This document shows, one piece after another, positions 8,444 through 17,838 of a stretch of 64,000 nucleotides of DNA (position 1 is its first letter; every line of letters starts with the position of its first letter). Source of the stretch: a virus. Made by a program: the position numbers and the translations under genes. The stretch lies in the UHGV virus genome UHGV-0371537. The stretch is one strand, 5' to 3'. The notes below the pieces were generated by a model that did not search any database, was not told the origin of the DNA, and saw only the letters and a list, made by a program, of their open reading frames with translations.

Positions 8444-11200
8444 TTATGCCCTGATAATGGAATTTGAAATAACGTCCAAGTAATCCGAAGAATTTTCAAT
8501 CGGGTTCAGGGCGCTTGGTTTGTAGTTCTCTTTCAAGAACCGGACAACACGATGTCGCTCAATAGTCATTCGGTTATCTCGTCTTGCTTTCTTCGTTGGC
8601 GTGCGCAGAATATCAAACGGCGTAAATCCGTGAGACCGCAATACATCTGAAGCATAGCCAAAGATCTGCAGCATCTGGTGTTCTGAACGGAAGATCTTTT
8701 CGTCACGCTCGTTCGCGTACAAATTCACGTTAAGAGAACTTATCGTGTCCTGGAAATGGCTGAAGCGGCGCTTGTCATGGACCGACACCGGGGCTTTCGC
8801 CAGGCTTTGGTAATGACGTACAGTCTGCTCATCCAAGATACCGTCTACAACTTTCATTAACTTGTTGTAACGACTGACCAATTTGCCATAACGATCATCT
8901 TCAACATCACCAAACGCCTGATGAACCAGATGGCTCCCGTATTTTAATCGATCCGTCCCAAGGCGCATGCGACGATGTGATTTCAATATGCGCTGGGCGC
9001 TATCACGCTCCATCATCGGCTTCACGTTTTCCAACATGATCTTCAGAATCTCATCAATCGGAATGAAGACCTCTGGGAACTTCTTCATCATTGGCACGGA
9101 TTTACGACGAGCCAAGAAGATTCGGTTGTGAACGTTCAACATATCGCTGATGTACACTGGCTTGCCTTCATCGTCGACACTGACTGCGTGTTCATATAGA
9201 GATTTACGAATACCCCGCGCCGTCGCCGTCGTCAACGTTCTGTCCATCACCTGATGGATACACTCATGGCCAGACACCTCAATGTAGACGATGCGCTCGC
9301 CCTTGTTGATAATATCTGAGATCTGGTCGCCCGTCAGTTCTTCTTGCAGGCAGATATCGAAGTTGCTGGACGTGAACGGAAACAGGCCAGGGTCTTTGGT
9401 GACCGGAGGCGTGACATATGTCAGTTCGTTCATGAACTTAACTTCAGCAGGCTCCAGCACCGCACTCAGCCAATCGACGAACTTGTCAGCGAAGCACAGA
9501 TAATCAACCGTCGTTTCTTCTTTGCCAATCCAAGTTTCAAAGAAATCATAGAGAGCCTGAGCATTCTTGAACGCAGGGTTGTCCTTAGATTGGTTGCGCT
9601 TGGTGACATAGGATGTGTTCGGCTTGGCCACGATGACCATCGTCCCTGTATCTTTCAGCTGTTTGATCTTCAGATTACGGGCACGAACACTGTCTTCGAT
9701 CACCACAGTAACATGCTGTCCGCGATCGATCCACTTCTGGATTTCTGAAATGGTCAAAGTACCGGACTCACCCCAGTCATAGAAGATCTCCATGGAGAAC
9801 GGTGACGACAGTTCATTGAACGGCGCTGTATGGTCATAGTCACGGTCGATCTCAACAGGCAGCGGGTAACGATAATATGAATCGTGGAAGCGCTTGTCCG
9901 CCGGATATTCCTTTTCAACCATCTTACGGAAGCCACTACCGAACATTTCGCTCAGTTTTGCCTTCTCCATATACAGGGCAAGAGGACCACGATTACACGC
10001 CAGCTCCAGGTCGCGCATCTTTTCTGTCAGGATTGCATTGGCGGTTCCCTTAAACTCCTCAGAGAGCGTCTCGCGGGTGAATTCGTCATACGACAGGTCT
10101 TCACGCGACGGCGGTACGTTCAGCGAGCCGAGTTCAAAGAATGTATAGGAGCACGGGAACTTGCTCATGATAGAGGCAGTTTCCGGGTCCAGCTGGTCCA
10201 GGTCAATCGGGTATGACACACCGCCCATCACAGCATAATGGGTGTTACCCTGACCTTTCGGCTGAATGTACGTGTTGTTGACCTTGAAGTCATAGCTGAT
10301 GTCTTCCCAGCCGAAGCGGTATGAAGCGTTCTCAACAATTGGGCGGTGTTCAGGGCGCATGACGCGGCCAAGACGAACCAGCTCGTCAGAGAAAGCAGAG
10401 AAGCGAGCGTTCTTCACCGGGATCTTCACCGTCATGCCGTTGAATTCATCGGTGTCTTCTGGTTTAGGATCACGAGTTTCAAGATCTTTGGTGATCAGGT
10501 CAACCGTTGGGATGCGCTTGGCGTTCAGATACATCAGGAAGCGATGAAGTTTGCCGTCCATGCGACTTTCCACCGTGAACGAATCTGATACCGCAAATGG
10601 TGATTTGGAGCCAAGGCCGAATGCCCCGATCTGGTCATCGTCTTCTTCCTTGGTACTATGGAAGAGTGTCGTGTACAGGCCTGGGGCGCGGATGATCTCG
10701 CCATCTTCACGGCGGAAGACAAGTACCCCATTGTAGAAGCCTGGGACGCCAATGACTTCAGCTGAGTCGGGAATCTCGTCTTCCTTCACGACCATGTTGC
10801 CTTCCAACAGCACTTCATCTTCCTGAGCCGGGATAGCCTCGCCAATGATCTTCTCAAGCGGCAGGCCGATACCATAATCACGGATTTCCAGCCATGGTTC
10901 GAAGTCATCAGGTAGATGTACGACAACCTGCTTACCCTTCGGTGCCAGGTATTTGCTATGGCGGGCAGGAGGCGGAGTGAGAGGCGCGTAGTGGGATGCG
11001 ATCATGCGATGCATACGATCACGCATGCCATGGGAGTCGATGGCGTTACAGACGGTTTCACGCAGGGCTGCAGCCTCTTTATAACGATACAATGATGAGA
11101 ACAGAGTCTCAAACATCTTATCGTTCATCTTCACGTTGAACGCCTGCCCCTGAATGGAAGACGACGAGCGGATAAAGTGCTCGGACTTGCGCATTTTCAT
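8444..11200 (-). CDS. rIIA: rIIA protein (GHKL-type ATPase N-terminal domain)
   Basis: 918 aa; N-terminal LRETVCNAIDSHG resembles the rIIA / histidine-kinase-like N-box; immediately upstream of rIIB as in T4-like phages. Confidence 0.85.
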   Translation of the reverse strand: MKMRKSEHFIRSSSSIQGQAFNVKMNDKMFETLFSSLYRYKEAAALRETVCNAIDSHGMRDRMHRMIASHYAPLTPPPARHSKYLAPKGKQVVVHLPDDFEPWLEIRDYGIGLPLEKIIGEAIPAQEDEVLLEGNMVVKEDEIPDSAEVIGVPGFYNGVLVFRREDGEIIRAPGLYTTLFHSTKEEDDDQIGAFGLGSKSPFAVSDSFTVESRMDGKLHRFLMYLNAKRIPTVDLITKDLETRDPKPEDTDEFNGMTVKIPVKNARFSAFSDELVRLGRVMRPEHRPIVENASYRFGWEDISYDFKVNNTYIQPKGQGNTHYAVMGGVSYPIDLDQLDPETASIMSKFPCSYTFFELGSLNVPPSREDLSYDEFTRETLSEEFKGTANAILTEKMRDLELACNRGPLALYMEKAKLSEMFGSGFRKMVEKEYPADKRFHDSYYRYPLPVEIDRDYDHTAPFNELSSPFSMEIFYDWGESGTLTISEIQKWIDRGQHVTVVIEDSVRARNLKIKQLKDTGTMVIVAKPNTSYVTKRNQSKDNPAFKNAQALYDFFETWIGKEETTVDYLCFADKFVDWLSAVLEPAEVKFMNELTYVTPPVTKDPGLFPFTSSNFDICLQEELTGDQISDIINKGERIVYIEVSGHECIHQVMDRTLTTATARGIRKSLYEHAVSVDDEGKPVYISDMLNVHNRIFLARRKSVPMMKKFPEVFIPIDEILKIMLENVKPMMERDSAQRILKSHRRMRLGTDRLKYGSHLVHQAFGDVEDDRYGKLVSRYNKLMKVVDGILDEQTVRHYQSLAKAPVSVHDKRRFSHFQDTISSLNVNLYANERDEKIFRSEHQMLQIFGYASDVLRSHGFTPFDILRTPTKKARRDNRMTIERHRVVRFLKENYKPSALNPIENSSDYLDVISNSIIRA

Positions 11201-11275
11201 AATATAGAAATCCTATCAATGTCAAAGGGAAACATATTGGTTGAGTGGGTATAATACGGTGGGAGTCTTCAATTG

Positions 11276-11299
11276 AAAAAGCCCTCAGCAGAGGGCTTT
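11276..11299 (-). terminator. terminator hairpin between the ORF at 11307-11651 and rIIA
   Basis: AAAGCCCTCTGCTGAGGGCTTTTT on the minus strand. Confidence 0.55.
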
Positions 11300-11306
11300 G
11301 TTCAGA

Positions 11307-11651
11307 TCAGTCTTCGGTTGCGAATCTGGCCTGGAAGTCGAATGTTGGCCGCTGGGCACCTGGCTCAAGAGTTTCCTCAAGATAACCAACGACCGTACGA
11401 GTCACAGACACTGGCTTCGAGCGGGGGTTCGGCGTTGCCAACGCAATGATAGAAGACTGCTCTTCTTCCATCCGCGTGTAATCTACATTGAAGTGATAAC
11501 GGCTACCGAATGCCGCCACTTCGACTTCGACGATTTGTAGATTGCTCAAAGCAGTGCTGCTCAGGGTTCCCACGTTCAACTGCGAGCGTAGATGCTCAAC
11601 GATGTTGGAGTACACATACTGTGGGGTGATCAGCTGTTCAATAGAACTCAT
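11307..11651 (-). CDS. hypothetical protein
   Basis: 114-aa ORF followed by a strong hairpin with a T-run. Confidence 0.45.
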   Translation of the reverse strand: MSSIEQLITPQYVYSNIVEHLRSQLNVGTLSSTALSNLQIVEVEVAAFGSRYHFNVDYTRMEEEQSSIIALATPNPRSKPVSVTRTVVGYLEETLEPGAQRPTFDFQARFATED

Positions 11652-11806
11652 GACATATCCTCTACTTTTCGGGTTCGGTTTTACTTAATCGAGCGACCTC
11701 TGCTCGAAGGAAGAGGATTTCATCGGCCATCATCTTACCTTCTTCGAACATCACCCATGATCTGGCTAACTTGGGATTGCCAACGGACAAATCCTTCAGG
11801 CGCTCC

Positions 11807-12010
11807 TCACTTACGTTTGCGCTTGTTCTTTCCATTGGTCTTCGCCTTCTTCTTGCGGGTTACAGATGGACGACCATGTCCGGCGGTGCCAGGACCACTG
11901 TTGACGTAGCGACTTTCATCCCAGAAATCACCACGGTGTTGGGCAACCTGAACGCTCTCTGACAACGCCAGAGCCGCAGCCACAACAACTGAAGACATCT
12001 TCGGCTTCAT
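11807..12010 (-). CDS. hypothetical small secreted protein (signal-peptide-like N-terminus, basic C-terminus)
   Basis: 67 aa, MKPKMSSVVVAAALALS hydrophobic N-terminus, KKKAKTNGKNKRKRK tail. Confidence 0.3.
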   Translation of the reverse strand: MKPKMSSVVVAAALALSESVQVAQHRGDFWDESRYVNSGPGTAGHGRPSVTRKKKAKTNGKNKRKRK

Positions 12011-12462
12011 TTCGTTTCCCCCTTGGCGGCATAGGACAGCGCCTGAACAATCATCACAGCCAGATCGATCGGTGAGTAGGTGCTGTTCAGATCTTCGCGA
12101 ACGCTCTGCTCGATTTCATAATCAGACTGAACTTCAGGACAGTTCTTTTCCTGGCGACGGCGTTCTGCGTTGATCATATCGCGCAGGAGCAGGTCGGTGA
12201 AGGAGTACTCATCAAAGTTCTCCAGATAATTCTGAATCCCCGTGGATACAGGGGCTGGCTCCGTCTCTCGCGCTCCTGTATCTTTCAGGGCGGCAACAGT
12301 GGCGTTAGCTGATACCATACAGTTGGGCAGGAACAGAAGATCAACTGTTTCTCCTGACTCTGAAGTCGGGTTCTTGCCCAGCACCTTGTACAGGGTCTTC
12401 AGGGTGCTGTCGAAGGTCAGAACGGTCTGCGCCAGTTCTTCATAAGTTGGTTTGGTGGTCAT
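12007..12462 (-). CDS. hypothetical protein
   Basis: 151-aa ORF; its stop overlaps the start of the preceding ORF. Confidence 0.5.
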   Translation of the reverse strand: MTTKPTYEELAQTVLTFDSTLKTLYKVLGKNPTSESGETVDLLFLPNCMVSANATVAALKDTGARETEPAPVSTGIQNYLENFDEYSFTDLLLRDMINAERRRQEKNCPEVQSDYEIEQSVREDLNSTYSPIDLAVMIVQALSYAAKGETK

Positions 12463-12839
12463 CAGCGTTTGCTCCGGCGTTTGTTCTTCATTTTAGTGGC
12501 CTGACGTTTGTGAGCAGCGGCTCCACGCAGGCGTGTGGGTTCTTGATAGCGGCGGTCGGCGTAAAATTCACGCATGCTGGCCTCGGCTGGTAATTCTCTT
12601 TCATCCAGTCGTTTCAGCTTGGCGATCAATTCCTTGGTGTCTGGCATCTGTTGTAGCTCGTCACAGATGATCATGCGTTCACCCGATTCACTTCGACGCT
12701 TCGGGATATCATCGGGAGTGATGTGCACAACCTCAACTCCTGGCAGCTTCTCTTCCAGTAGAACTTTGATCAACCGAGAGCCCAGTCCGGCTCCAACAAT
12801 CGCAATCTTTCTTGGCTTGTCTGTCATGTTCTTGTCCAT
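12462..12839 (-). CDS. hypothetical protein (Gly-rich IAIVGAGLGS N-terminus, basic C-terminus)
   Basis: 125-aa ORF preceded by a hairpin and a recurring TTATTGAA motif. Confidence 0.5.
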   Translation of the reverse strand: MDKNMTDKPRKIAIVGAGLGSRLIKVLLEEKLPGVEVVHITPDDIPKRRSESGERMIICDELQQMPDTKELIAKLKRLDERELPAEASMREFYADRRYQEPTRLRGAAAHKRQATKMKNKRRSKR

Positions 12840-12845
12840 GAAAAA

Positions 12846-12878
12846 GGGGATAGAGCAATAATACCCTATCCCCTTTTA
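12846..12878 (-). terminator. hairpin with flanking T-runs (terminator or attenuator) inside the early gene run
   Basis: GGGGATAGAGCAATAATACCCTATCCCC with TTTT on both sides; adjacent to the recurring TTATTGAAGAACG motif. Confidence 0.45.
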
Positions 12879-12896
12879 TTGAAGAACGATTAGTCT

Positions 12897-13304
12897 TCAG
12901 ATTCGACCGCCAATTTTTTCGCCGCGCATGTCCAGAACCGGTTTGCCTCCGACCGCCATCACATAGATGGTGTTGATTGTCTCGAACCAAGACAGTGCAT
13001 CAACACCTTCAGTGTACGGCGTCACCGGAATAGAGGTCTTGATCTCTTTACCCTTCGTGTTCGGATGTTCTGTGACTTGTAGGAACGCACAATTGCCACT
13101 TGGGTGGATAATGCCCTCTTCGAACAGCACGATCTTCTTGCGAGGGTGATTGGCTTCACCCAGGCACACCACCAGATGATGGATCATCTCGGGGCGGGTA
13201 ATCAACGTGTCGTCTTTGATGATCCCTTGCTTGATAGCAGAGATCACTATTTCGTCCACCAGAGCCTGCTGTTGACAAATGGACAGCGTATGTTCTAGTT
13301 TCAT
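12897..13304 (-). CDS. hypothetical protein
   Basis: 135-aa ORF. Confidence 0.5.
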   Translation of the reverse strand: MKLEHTLSICQQQALVDEIVISAIKQGIIKDDTLITRPEMIHHLVVCLGEANHPRKKIVLFEEGIIHPSGNCAFLQVTEHPNTKGKEIKTSIPVTPYTEGVDALSWFETINTIYVMAVGGKPVLDMRGEKIGGRI

Positions 13305-13308
13305 GGCA

Positions 13309-13878
13309 TCAGCCTTTGAAGTTGATCGGTTTCTGAACCCCAGCGTCGAACGCGGCCTGGGTACGGGTATCGCTCACAACTTGACAGGTCTTGTCAAGAT
13401 CGATGCGCGGGTAGCCAAACATGCCAGCGATCAACGAACCAGGGAACTGAGCCAGCTTGGTTTCGTACATTGCGCAGATATCCAGCTTCTTGGTCTGGCT
13501 GATGCGGAATTCATCACGCCCAGAACTGATCACCACCTGGATCTCTTTGTACAGGCTGGAATCGAACTGAATGTTCTGCTCCTGGATCCACTGCATAACA
13601 GCCTTGGAACCATCAGCGCCATAACGCCCTTCGAACGTGCCTTTGATCACTTCCTTCAGGCCGTCTTTGTACATGTCAGGAATCTGCGCCGTCTCCTGAA
13701 CTTTGAGCGTGTAGTTGCTCAGGTAGTTCTCTGAGTCTTTGTTGAACTTCTTGACCTGCTGTTCGGTGCGGTTGAAGTCGTTGAAGTAGCTGATGACTGT
13801 GCCGATGCCGACAATCACCATACCCAGCAAAGCCAAACCAACGATCCAACCTGTTGCAATACCCTTAGATTGAGACAT
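13309..13878 (-). CDS. LemA-family membrane protein
   Basis: 189 aa, single N-terminal TM helix (WIVGLALLGMVIVGIGTVISYF) followed by a soluble helical domain; size and topology typical of LemA. Confidence 0.6.
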   Translation of the reverse strand: MSQSKGIATGWIVGLALLGMVIVGIGTVISYFNDFNRTEQQVKKFNKDSENYLSNYTLKVQETAQIPDMYKDGLKEVIKGTFEGRYGADGSKAVMQWIQEQNIQFDSSLYKEIQVVISSGRDEFRISQTKKLDICAMYETKLAQFPGSLIAGMFGYPRIDLDKTCQVVSDTRTQAAFDAGVQKPINFKG

Positions 13879-13896
13879 TCTTACTTCCTCTTTTGA

Positions 13897-15012
13897 TTAA
13901 AAATTAAACGGATAACGACGACGGCCACCATTGTACTCCATTCGCTGCAATATGAAAATTGCGGTGAACGGCAGACAGCCCAGCAGAACAACAACCACAA
14001 CTTCCCAGGTCTTGAGTTCCCGCCACTTCAGGTACTCCATTTCCTTCATCTCAACGCGGTTGTAGCCTTTGGTGATGTTGGCGACAACGTCTGTCATGAC
14101 GCCGATACCCATATCATGCCCAGTCAGGTCCATACCGTTGCGGGAGTGAAGTTCACGGTTGTGCATACCATCGGCGAAGGAGGTGCTCTTGCCCCAATTG
14201 ATCTTCAGATCTTTGCTGATGTCGGTCACGACGATAACGTCGTTCTTTTTACCGCCATCCCAAGCATAGACCAAGCCCTGGAAGTATTCAACTGGCTGGC
14301 CGGAAGTCACAACCCAGACGATGTTCACCTGCTTGGCCGCGCCCAGCTTCTTCAGAACATCATTCAGGTAGTCGTTCCAGTATGTGGTTGGCAAAGCCAG
14401 ACCAGACACGTTCAGGACACGAGTGACGCGATAGTAGTCATAGACCTCAGGGTACTTGGGAATCTTGTCTTTGAAGCGCTCAGCAAACTGCTGGTCTGAG
14501 CGGGAGAACAGAGAGTCCTTGTTGCCCAGAACATAGTTCATATAGGAGTGCTCACGGGCGGCTGGCTCACCAATCTGAACCTGCGCCCAGCGCGGCGGCT
14601 GGCCAAGACCACGGCGGTCAATGCGGTCAATCGTCAGATTACCAACAGTCGTCAGCACATCCCAGTCCACGTCGTATGAATGCTCATAGCAGGTGCTGCA
14701 ATGGCGGGTACGGGTACAGGACTTGCTGCTACCGGAGCCGGAACACGATGTGGTGTAGTAGCAGTTGCACTGATACGAGTGCTCACAGCTCACCTTGTTC
14801 CGCTCTTTGCCAGTGACGTACCCGTTCAAGATCTCAACATCCCCTGAACTGCCGAGGGAGAACGCAGCATAAGCCCCGACCTGAATCAGACAGGACAGCA
14901 CCACCACAATCGCCGTCGCAATCAGAGTCTCTTTCGGCTCATGGGTCTTGCGGTGGTAGACCACAAACAGGACAGCCAGGATCAGTGGTACACCAAACAG
15001 GAGGTAGATCAT
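13897..15012 (-). CDS. membrane protein with Cys-rich extracytoplasmic region, partner of the LemA-like gene
   Basis: 371 aa, two N-terminal TM helices, Cys cluster (CEHSYQCNCYYTTSCSGSGSSKSCTRTRHCSTCYEH) and a C-terminal TM helix; lies 19 nt upstream of the LemA-like gene. Confidence 0.6.
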   Translation of the reverse strand: MIYLLFGVPLILAVLFVVYHRKTHEPKETLIATAIVVVLSCLIQVGAYAAFSLGSSGDVEILNGYVTGKERNKVSCEHSYQCNCYYTTSCSGSGSSKSCTRTRHCSTCYEHSYDVDWDVLTTVGNLTIDRIDRRGLGQPPRWAQVQIGEPAAREHSYMNYVLGNKDSLFSRSDQQFAERFKDKIPKYPEVYDYYRVTRVLNVSGLALPTTYWNDYLNDVLKKLGAAKQVNIVWVVTSGQPVEYFQGLVYAWDGGKKNDVIVVTDISKDLKINWGKSTSFADGMHNRELHSRNGMDLTGHDMGIGVMTDVVANITKGYNRVEMKEMEYLKWRELKTWEVVVVVLLGCLPFTAIFILQRMEYNGGRRRYPFNF

Positions 15013-15395
15013 AACACACCATCCACGAGTTGTGCCTTGGTCATCCCAAGGAGTTGATCTTTGTGCTCAGGCTTGGCACCGTTCTTTAACAACAGATCCC
15101 AACGCTCTTCATGGTACTGTGGGTCCAGCGCTTCATCAAATGTGATGTGATGGCGGAACATAACAGTTGCCACTGAATGGACGCAGTGAGCGATTGCGCG
15201 CTTCAGAGTGCGTTCTGGCGTAATGTGCTTTTTATATTCAATGCCCATCAGATCCAATTCTTTGAAAAGATAGGAGAATGACAGGGCGCCTTGTGAATGC
15301 AGCACGACGATAGTGGCTTTCTTAGGGTGGAGTGTACCATCCGTTTCTTTCATGAACAGATCGTACAGGTACTGTTTGTATTCGGTCTGTGTCAT
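15009..15395 (-). CDS. hypothetical protein
   Basis: 128-aa ORF with overlapping start/stop with neighbours. Confidence 0.5.
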   Translation of the reverse strand: MTQTEYKQYLYDLFMKETDGTLHPKKATIVVLHSQGALSFSYLFKELDLMGIEYKKHITPERTLKRAIAHCVHSVATVMFRHHITFDEALDPQYHEERWDLLLKNGAKPEHKDQLLGMTKAQLVDGVL

Positions 15396-15604
15396 TTAGA
15401 TTCACCCATGACGATAACGGAAGCGCCATTACGGAAGCACCCATATTCAGGTGGAAGACCTTCGCGAACTTTCTGTGCGAACGCTTCAGAAACCACCAGA
15501 CGGCCAACCAGAGGGTCTTTTTGTTTCGGAGTGAACTCAAAGTAATCACCAAAAGTCGCTTCCATATCCAGTAGGGACATATCTTCAATTCGTTGCATTG
15601 CCAT
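15392..15604 (-). CDS. hypothetical protein
   Basis: 70-aa ORF. Confidence 0.4.
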   Translation of the reverse strand: MAMQRIEDMSLLDMEATFGDYFEFTPKQKDPLVGRLVVSEAFAQKVREGLPPEYGCFRNGASVIVMGESK

Positions 15605-15623
15605 GATGTATTTCCTTGCAAAA

Positions 15624-15660
15624 GAAAGGGGAACGGGCTAATATTAACCCATTCCCCTTT
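15624..15660 (-). terminator. hairpin with T-run (terminator or attenuator)
   Basis: GGGGAACGGG-N-CCCATTCCCC followed by TTTATTGAAGAACG. Confidence 0.45.
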
Positions 15661-15685
15661 ATTGAAGAACGCAATCGCAATCAGA

Positions 15686-15853
15686 TTACTTTTTCTTCAG
15701 CTCATCCAGTTTGGCTTCGATTTGTTCCAGGATGTCTTTACCCTTCTGAACAATCACTTCACCGTCTTGCGCGTGTTTGCGGAAGACCAGAGCACCTGCG
15801 ATGAATCCAACAACCACACCCGGAAGTGCGTAGACCAACAGATCTTGTAACAT
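15686..15853 (-). CDS. small single-TM protein (about 56 aa), below the ORF-track length cutoff
   Basis: Hand translation: MLQDLLVYALPGVVVGFIAGALVFRKHAQDGEVIVQKGKDILEQIEAKLDELKKK; GAGGA Shine-Dalgarno-like sequence about 8 nt upstream; a TATAAATA element about 35 nt upstream. Confidence 0.3.
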   Translation of the reverse strand: MLQDLLVYALPGVVVGFIAGALVFRKHAQDGEVIVQKGKDILEQIEAKLDELKKK

Positions 15854-15889
15854 GATAATATCCTCACTTTATAGGCGAGGATATTTATA

Positions 15890-17116
15890 TCAGCGTTTCA
15901 AGAGTGCCATGAGGTTGACGCTGTTGGACTTCGGTTTATCAATCTTCGGTTTACCCAATTCTCGATACACCTGGTCAGGCTCCCAGCGCGTACCCTTTTG
16001 CAGATGCCAGATATGTAGAGGAACGCCAGTCTCAAAGAACACAGGCATCTTCCACTTCTGGACGCCTGGAACGTGCCCTGCAGGAGCCTTTTCGCACAAC
16101 AGGGTATCTGGTAGCCAGAGTGAACGGGCTTCCCAGAGCGCTGCACAGGAGTACTCCGGCCAGATGCGTTCCATGTAGTCGATCTCATCCCAGGTACGCT
16201 CGGCATCCCACCCAATGTAACGGGTATTCTTCTCACGGAAGAACTTCTTCAACCAACAAGCGCCCGAGGTTTCAAAGTTCAGGCGGTTGATGAACGTCAG
16301 GTGCCCAAACTCGGCCACGCAATCCTGGAACGCCTGCTCAAGGTCAGCCTCAAGGATGTCACACTCTTCATCCGTGATAGGGCAGCCATTTATCTTTTTC
16401 TTCCCGTGTTTGGTCACCCAATCGTCGCGGTTGGACAAGAACGCCGCGCCGTTACGGTTGGACTCACTGCCATCACGGTCACGCAACATGAAACCAGGGA
16501 CGTCGATATCCCACATGTTACCGAAGACCATGTTCAGGGCTTCCAGAAAGTTCCAGGCGCTGAGGCGGCCGAAGTATTTCCAGGACATCGCCGTGTCCCA
16601 CAACTTAGTGAACTGGTCGCCTTGGGGCTTGGTCTCCAACATCGGTCGGAATGCTTCCATCTGGGAGCGCCCAGCCAGCCAGTCAATGTAGGACTGAACA
16701 CATGGTATCATCTTCGACTTGCGATAGCGACAGTCAGTATCGAAACGCATGCGATCAAAGTTCAGGTTGTACCAGTCACAAAAGCACTGCATCTCTTCTT
16801 TAGACTGAGGAGGCACAGGGAACTCACTGTAGATCGTCCATGGACCGATGGCGTTATAACAGCAGCCCCAAAGGAACGACATCCAGATCTTGCGCTCGAT
16901 CTTCTCAAGCTGCGTGATGCCTTCAGTGACTTCAATCGCGTAGTCCATCAGGCGCATCTGCTGGTTGTGCTCTTCGGTGTAAGACAGCGCCTCCACCCAA
17001 GCCTTGAGCAGGTACATGCGATTCTCAGGCTTACGATAATCAACAGCCAGGTCAATCGGGTACTTCCATTCAGCCGGAGGCGTATAGCCTGATGGCATTT
17101 TAGAAATATGAATCAT
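15890..17116 (-). CDS. hypothetical Trp/Cys-rich protein; candidate DNA-base-modification enzyme (aGPT-Pplase-like?), assignment uncertain
   Basis: 408-aa ORF in the same operon-like run as a P-loop kinase; no catalytic motif recognised by eye. Confidence 0.55.
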   Translation of the reverse strand: MIHISKMPSGYTPPAEWKYPIDLAVDYRKPENRMYLLKAWVEALSYTEEHNQQMRLMDYAIEVTEGITQLEKIERKIWMSFLWGCCYNAIGPWTIYSEFPVPPQSKEEMQCFCDWYNLNFDRMRFDTDCRYRKSKMIPCVQSYIDWLAGRSQMEAFRPMLETKPQGDQFTKLWDTAMSWKYFGRLSAWNFLEALNMVFGNMWDIDVPGFMLRDRDGSESNRNGAAFLSNRDDWVTKHGKKKINGCPITDEECDILEADLEQAFQDCVAEFGHLTFINRLNFETSGACWLKKFFREKNTRYIGWDAERTWDEIDYMERIWPEYSCAALWEARSLWLPDTLLCEKAPAGHVPGVQKWKMPVFFETGVPLHIWHLQKGTRWEPDQVYRELGKPKIDKPKSNSVNLMALLKR

Positions 17117-17298
17117 TCAATTTTACTCCCGAGTTCGACACGGAACGCCAGATAGAAGAAAGTGGCGATCGATATAGGACAAATCACCAGGAAGGGGCGC
17201 TGCTCAACCCCTTCTGTGACCATGACGCCGACGAGCGATACCGTGAAGATAACGAACATCAGCATCATGAAGATAAAATCAACCGACCTGATCTTCAT
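17113..17298 (-). CDS. small membrane protein
   Basis: 61-aa hydrophobic ORF. Confidence 0.3.
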   Translation of the reverse strand: MKIRSVDFIFMMLMFVIFTVSLVGVMVTEGVEQRPFLVICPISIATFFYLAFRVELGSKIE

Positions 17299-17638
17299 CT
17301 TTCGCTTCCTCTTCAGGAGCCAGCTGAATGTCTTCTGGTTTCACGAACCCCATCGGACGTTCCCACATATCGATAAAGCGACGGTCGGCGGTCACGAACC
17401 ACAGACGGGCTGCGGTGTGTGTCTTACCTGAGATGAACATTTGGGCGTTGGCCTGAGTGCGGAATGGAGCCGCCTGTAGCCACTGGCCGAAGTCTTTGGA
17501 CGACGGGTTGGCATTCAGCTGGAACTGAGGGATCACGCAGTTCTTTTCAGGAATCAGGCGCACAGCAGTAATGTGCTTGGCGTTTCCGGTGTAGTCAATC
17601 GCAACAGCCACAGCATCGCGAGGGATTTGAATTTTCAT
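17279..17638 (-). CDS. hypothetical protein
   Basis: Start moved to the internal ATG (MKIQIPRDAV...) that overlaps the upstream ORF stop. Confidence 0.4.
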   Translation of the reverse strand: MKIQIPRDAVAVAIDYTGNAKHITAVRLIPEKNCVIPQFQLNANPSSKDFGQWLQAAPFRTQANAQMFISGKTHTAARLWFVTADRRFIDMWERPMGFVKPEDIQLAPEEEAKDEDQVG

Positions 17639-17838
17639 TTTGGTTCCTTGAATATTTTGTAACCAGCAGCGCCGATAGACATCACCGCGCCAATACAGTA
17701 CATCACAGTCACGTTCAACTTCTCTGAGGTTGTTAAGTCCAGAGGGGTGAAATGATAGGCTAGGGCAGCGCACATTGAAACGGCTACCATAATCAGGCCG
17801 ATGAACAACAGATAATTAGACAACCGCTTCATGATCAC
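17635..17838 (-). CDS. small membrane protein (two TM helices)
   Basis: 67 aa, LLFIGLIMVAVSMCAALAY and VMYCIGAVMSIGAAGY hydrophobic segments. Confidence 0.4.
   Translation of the reverse strand: MIMKRLSNYLLFIGLIMVAVSMCAALAYHFTPLDLTTSEKLNVTVMYCIGAVMSIGAAGYKIFKEPK

Noticed and set aside
11201-11240. Sigma70-like TTGACA ... TATATT promoter immediately upstream of rIIA.
   Set aside because: The putative -10 element abuts the ATG, leaving no 5' leader; spacing is ambiguous, so it was not called as a promoter.
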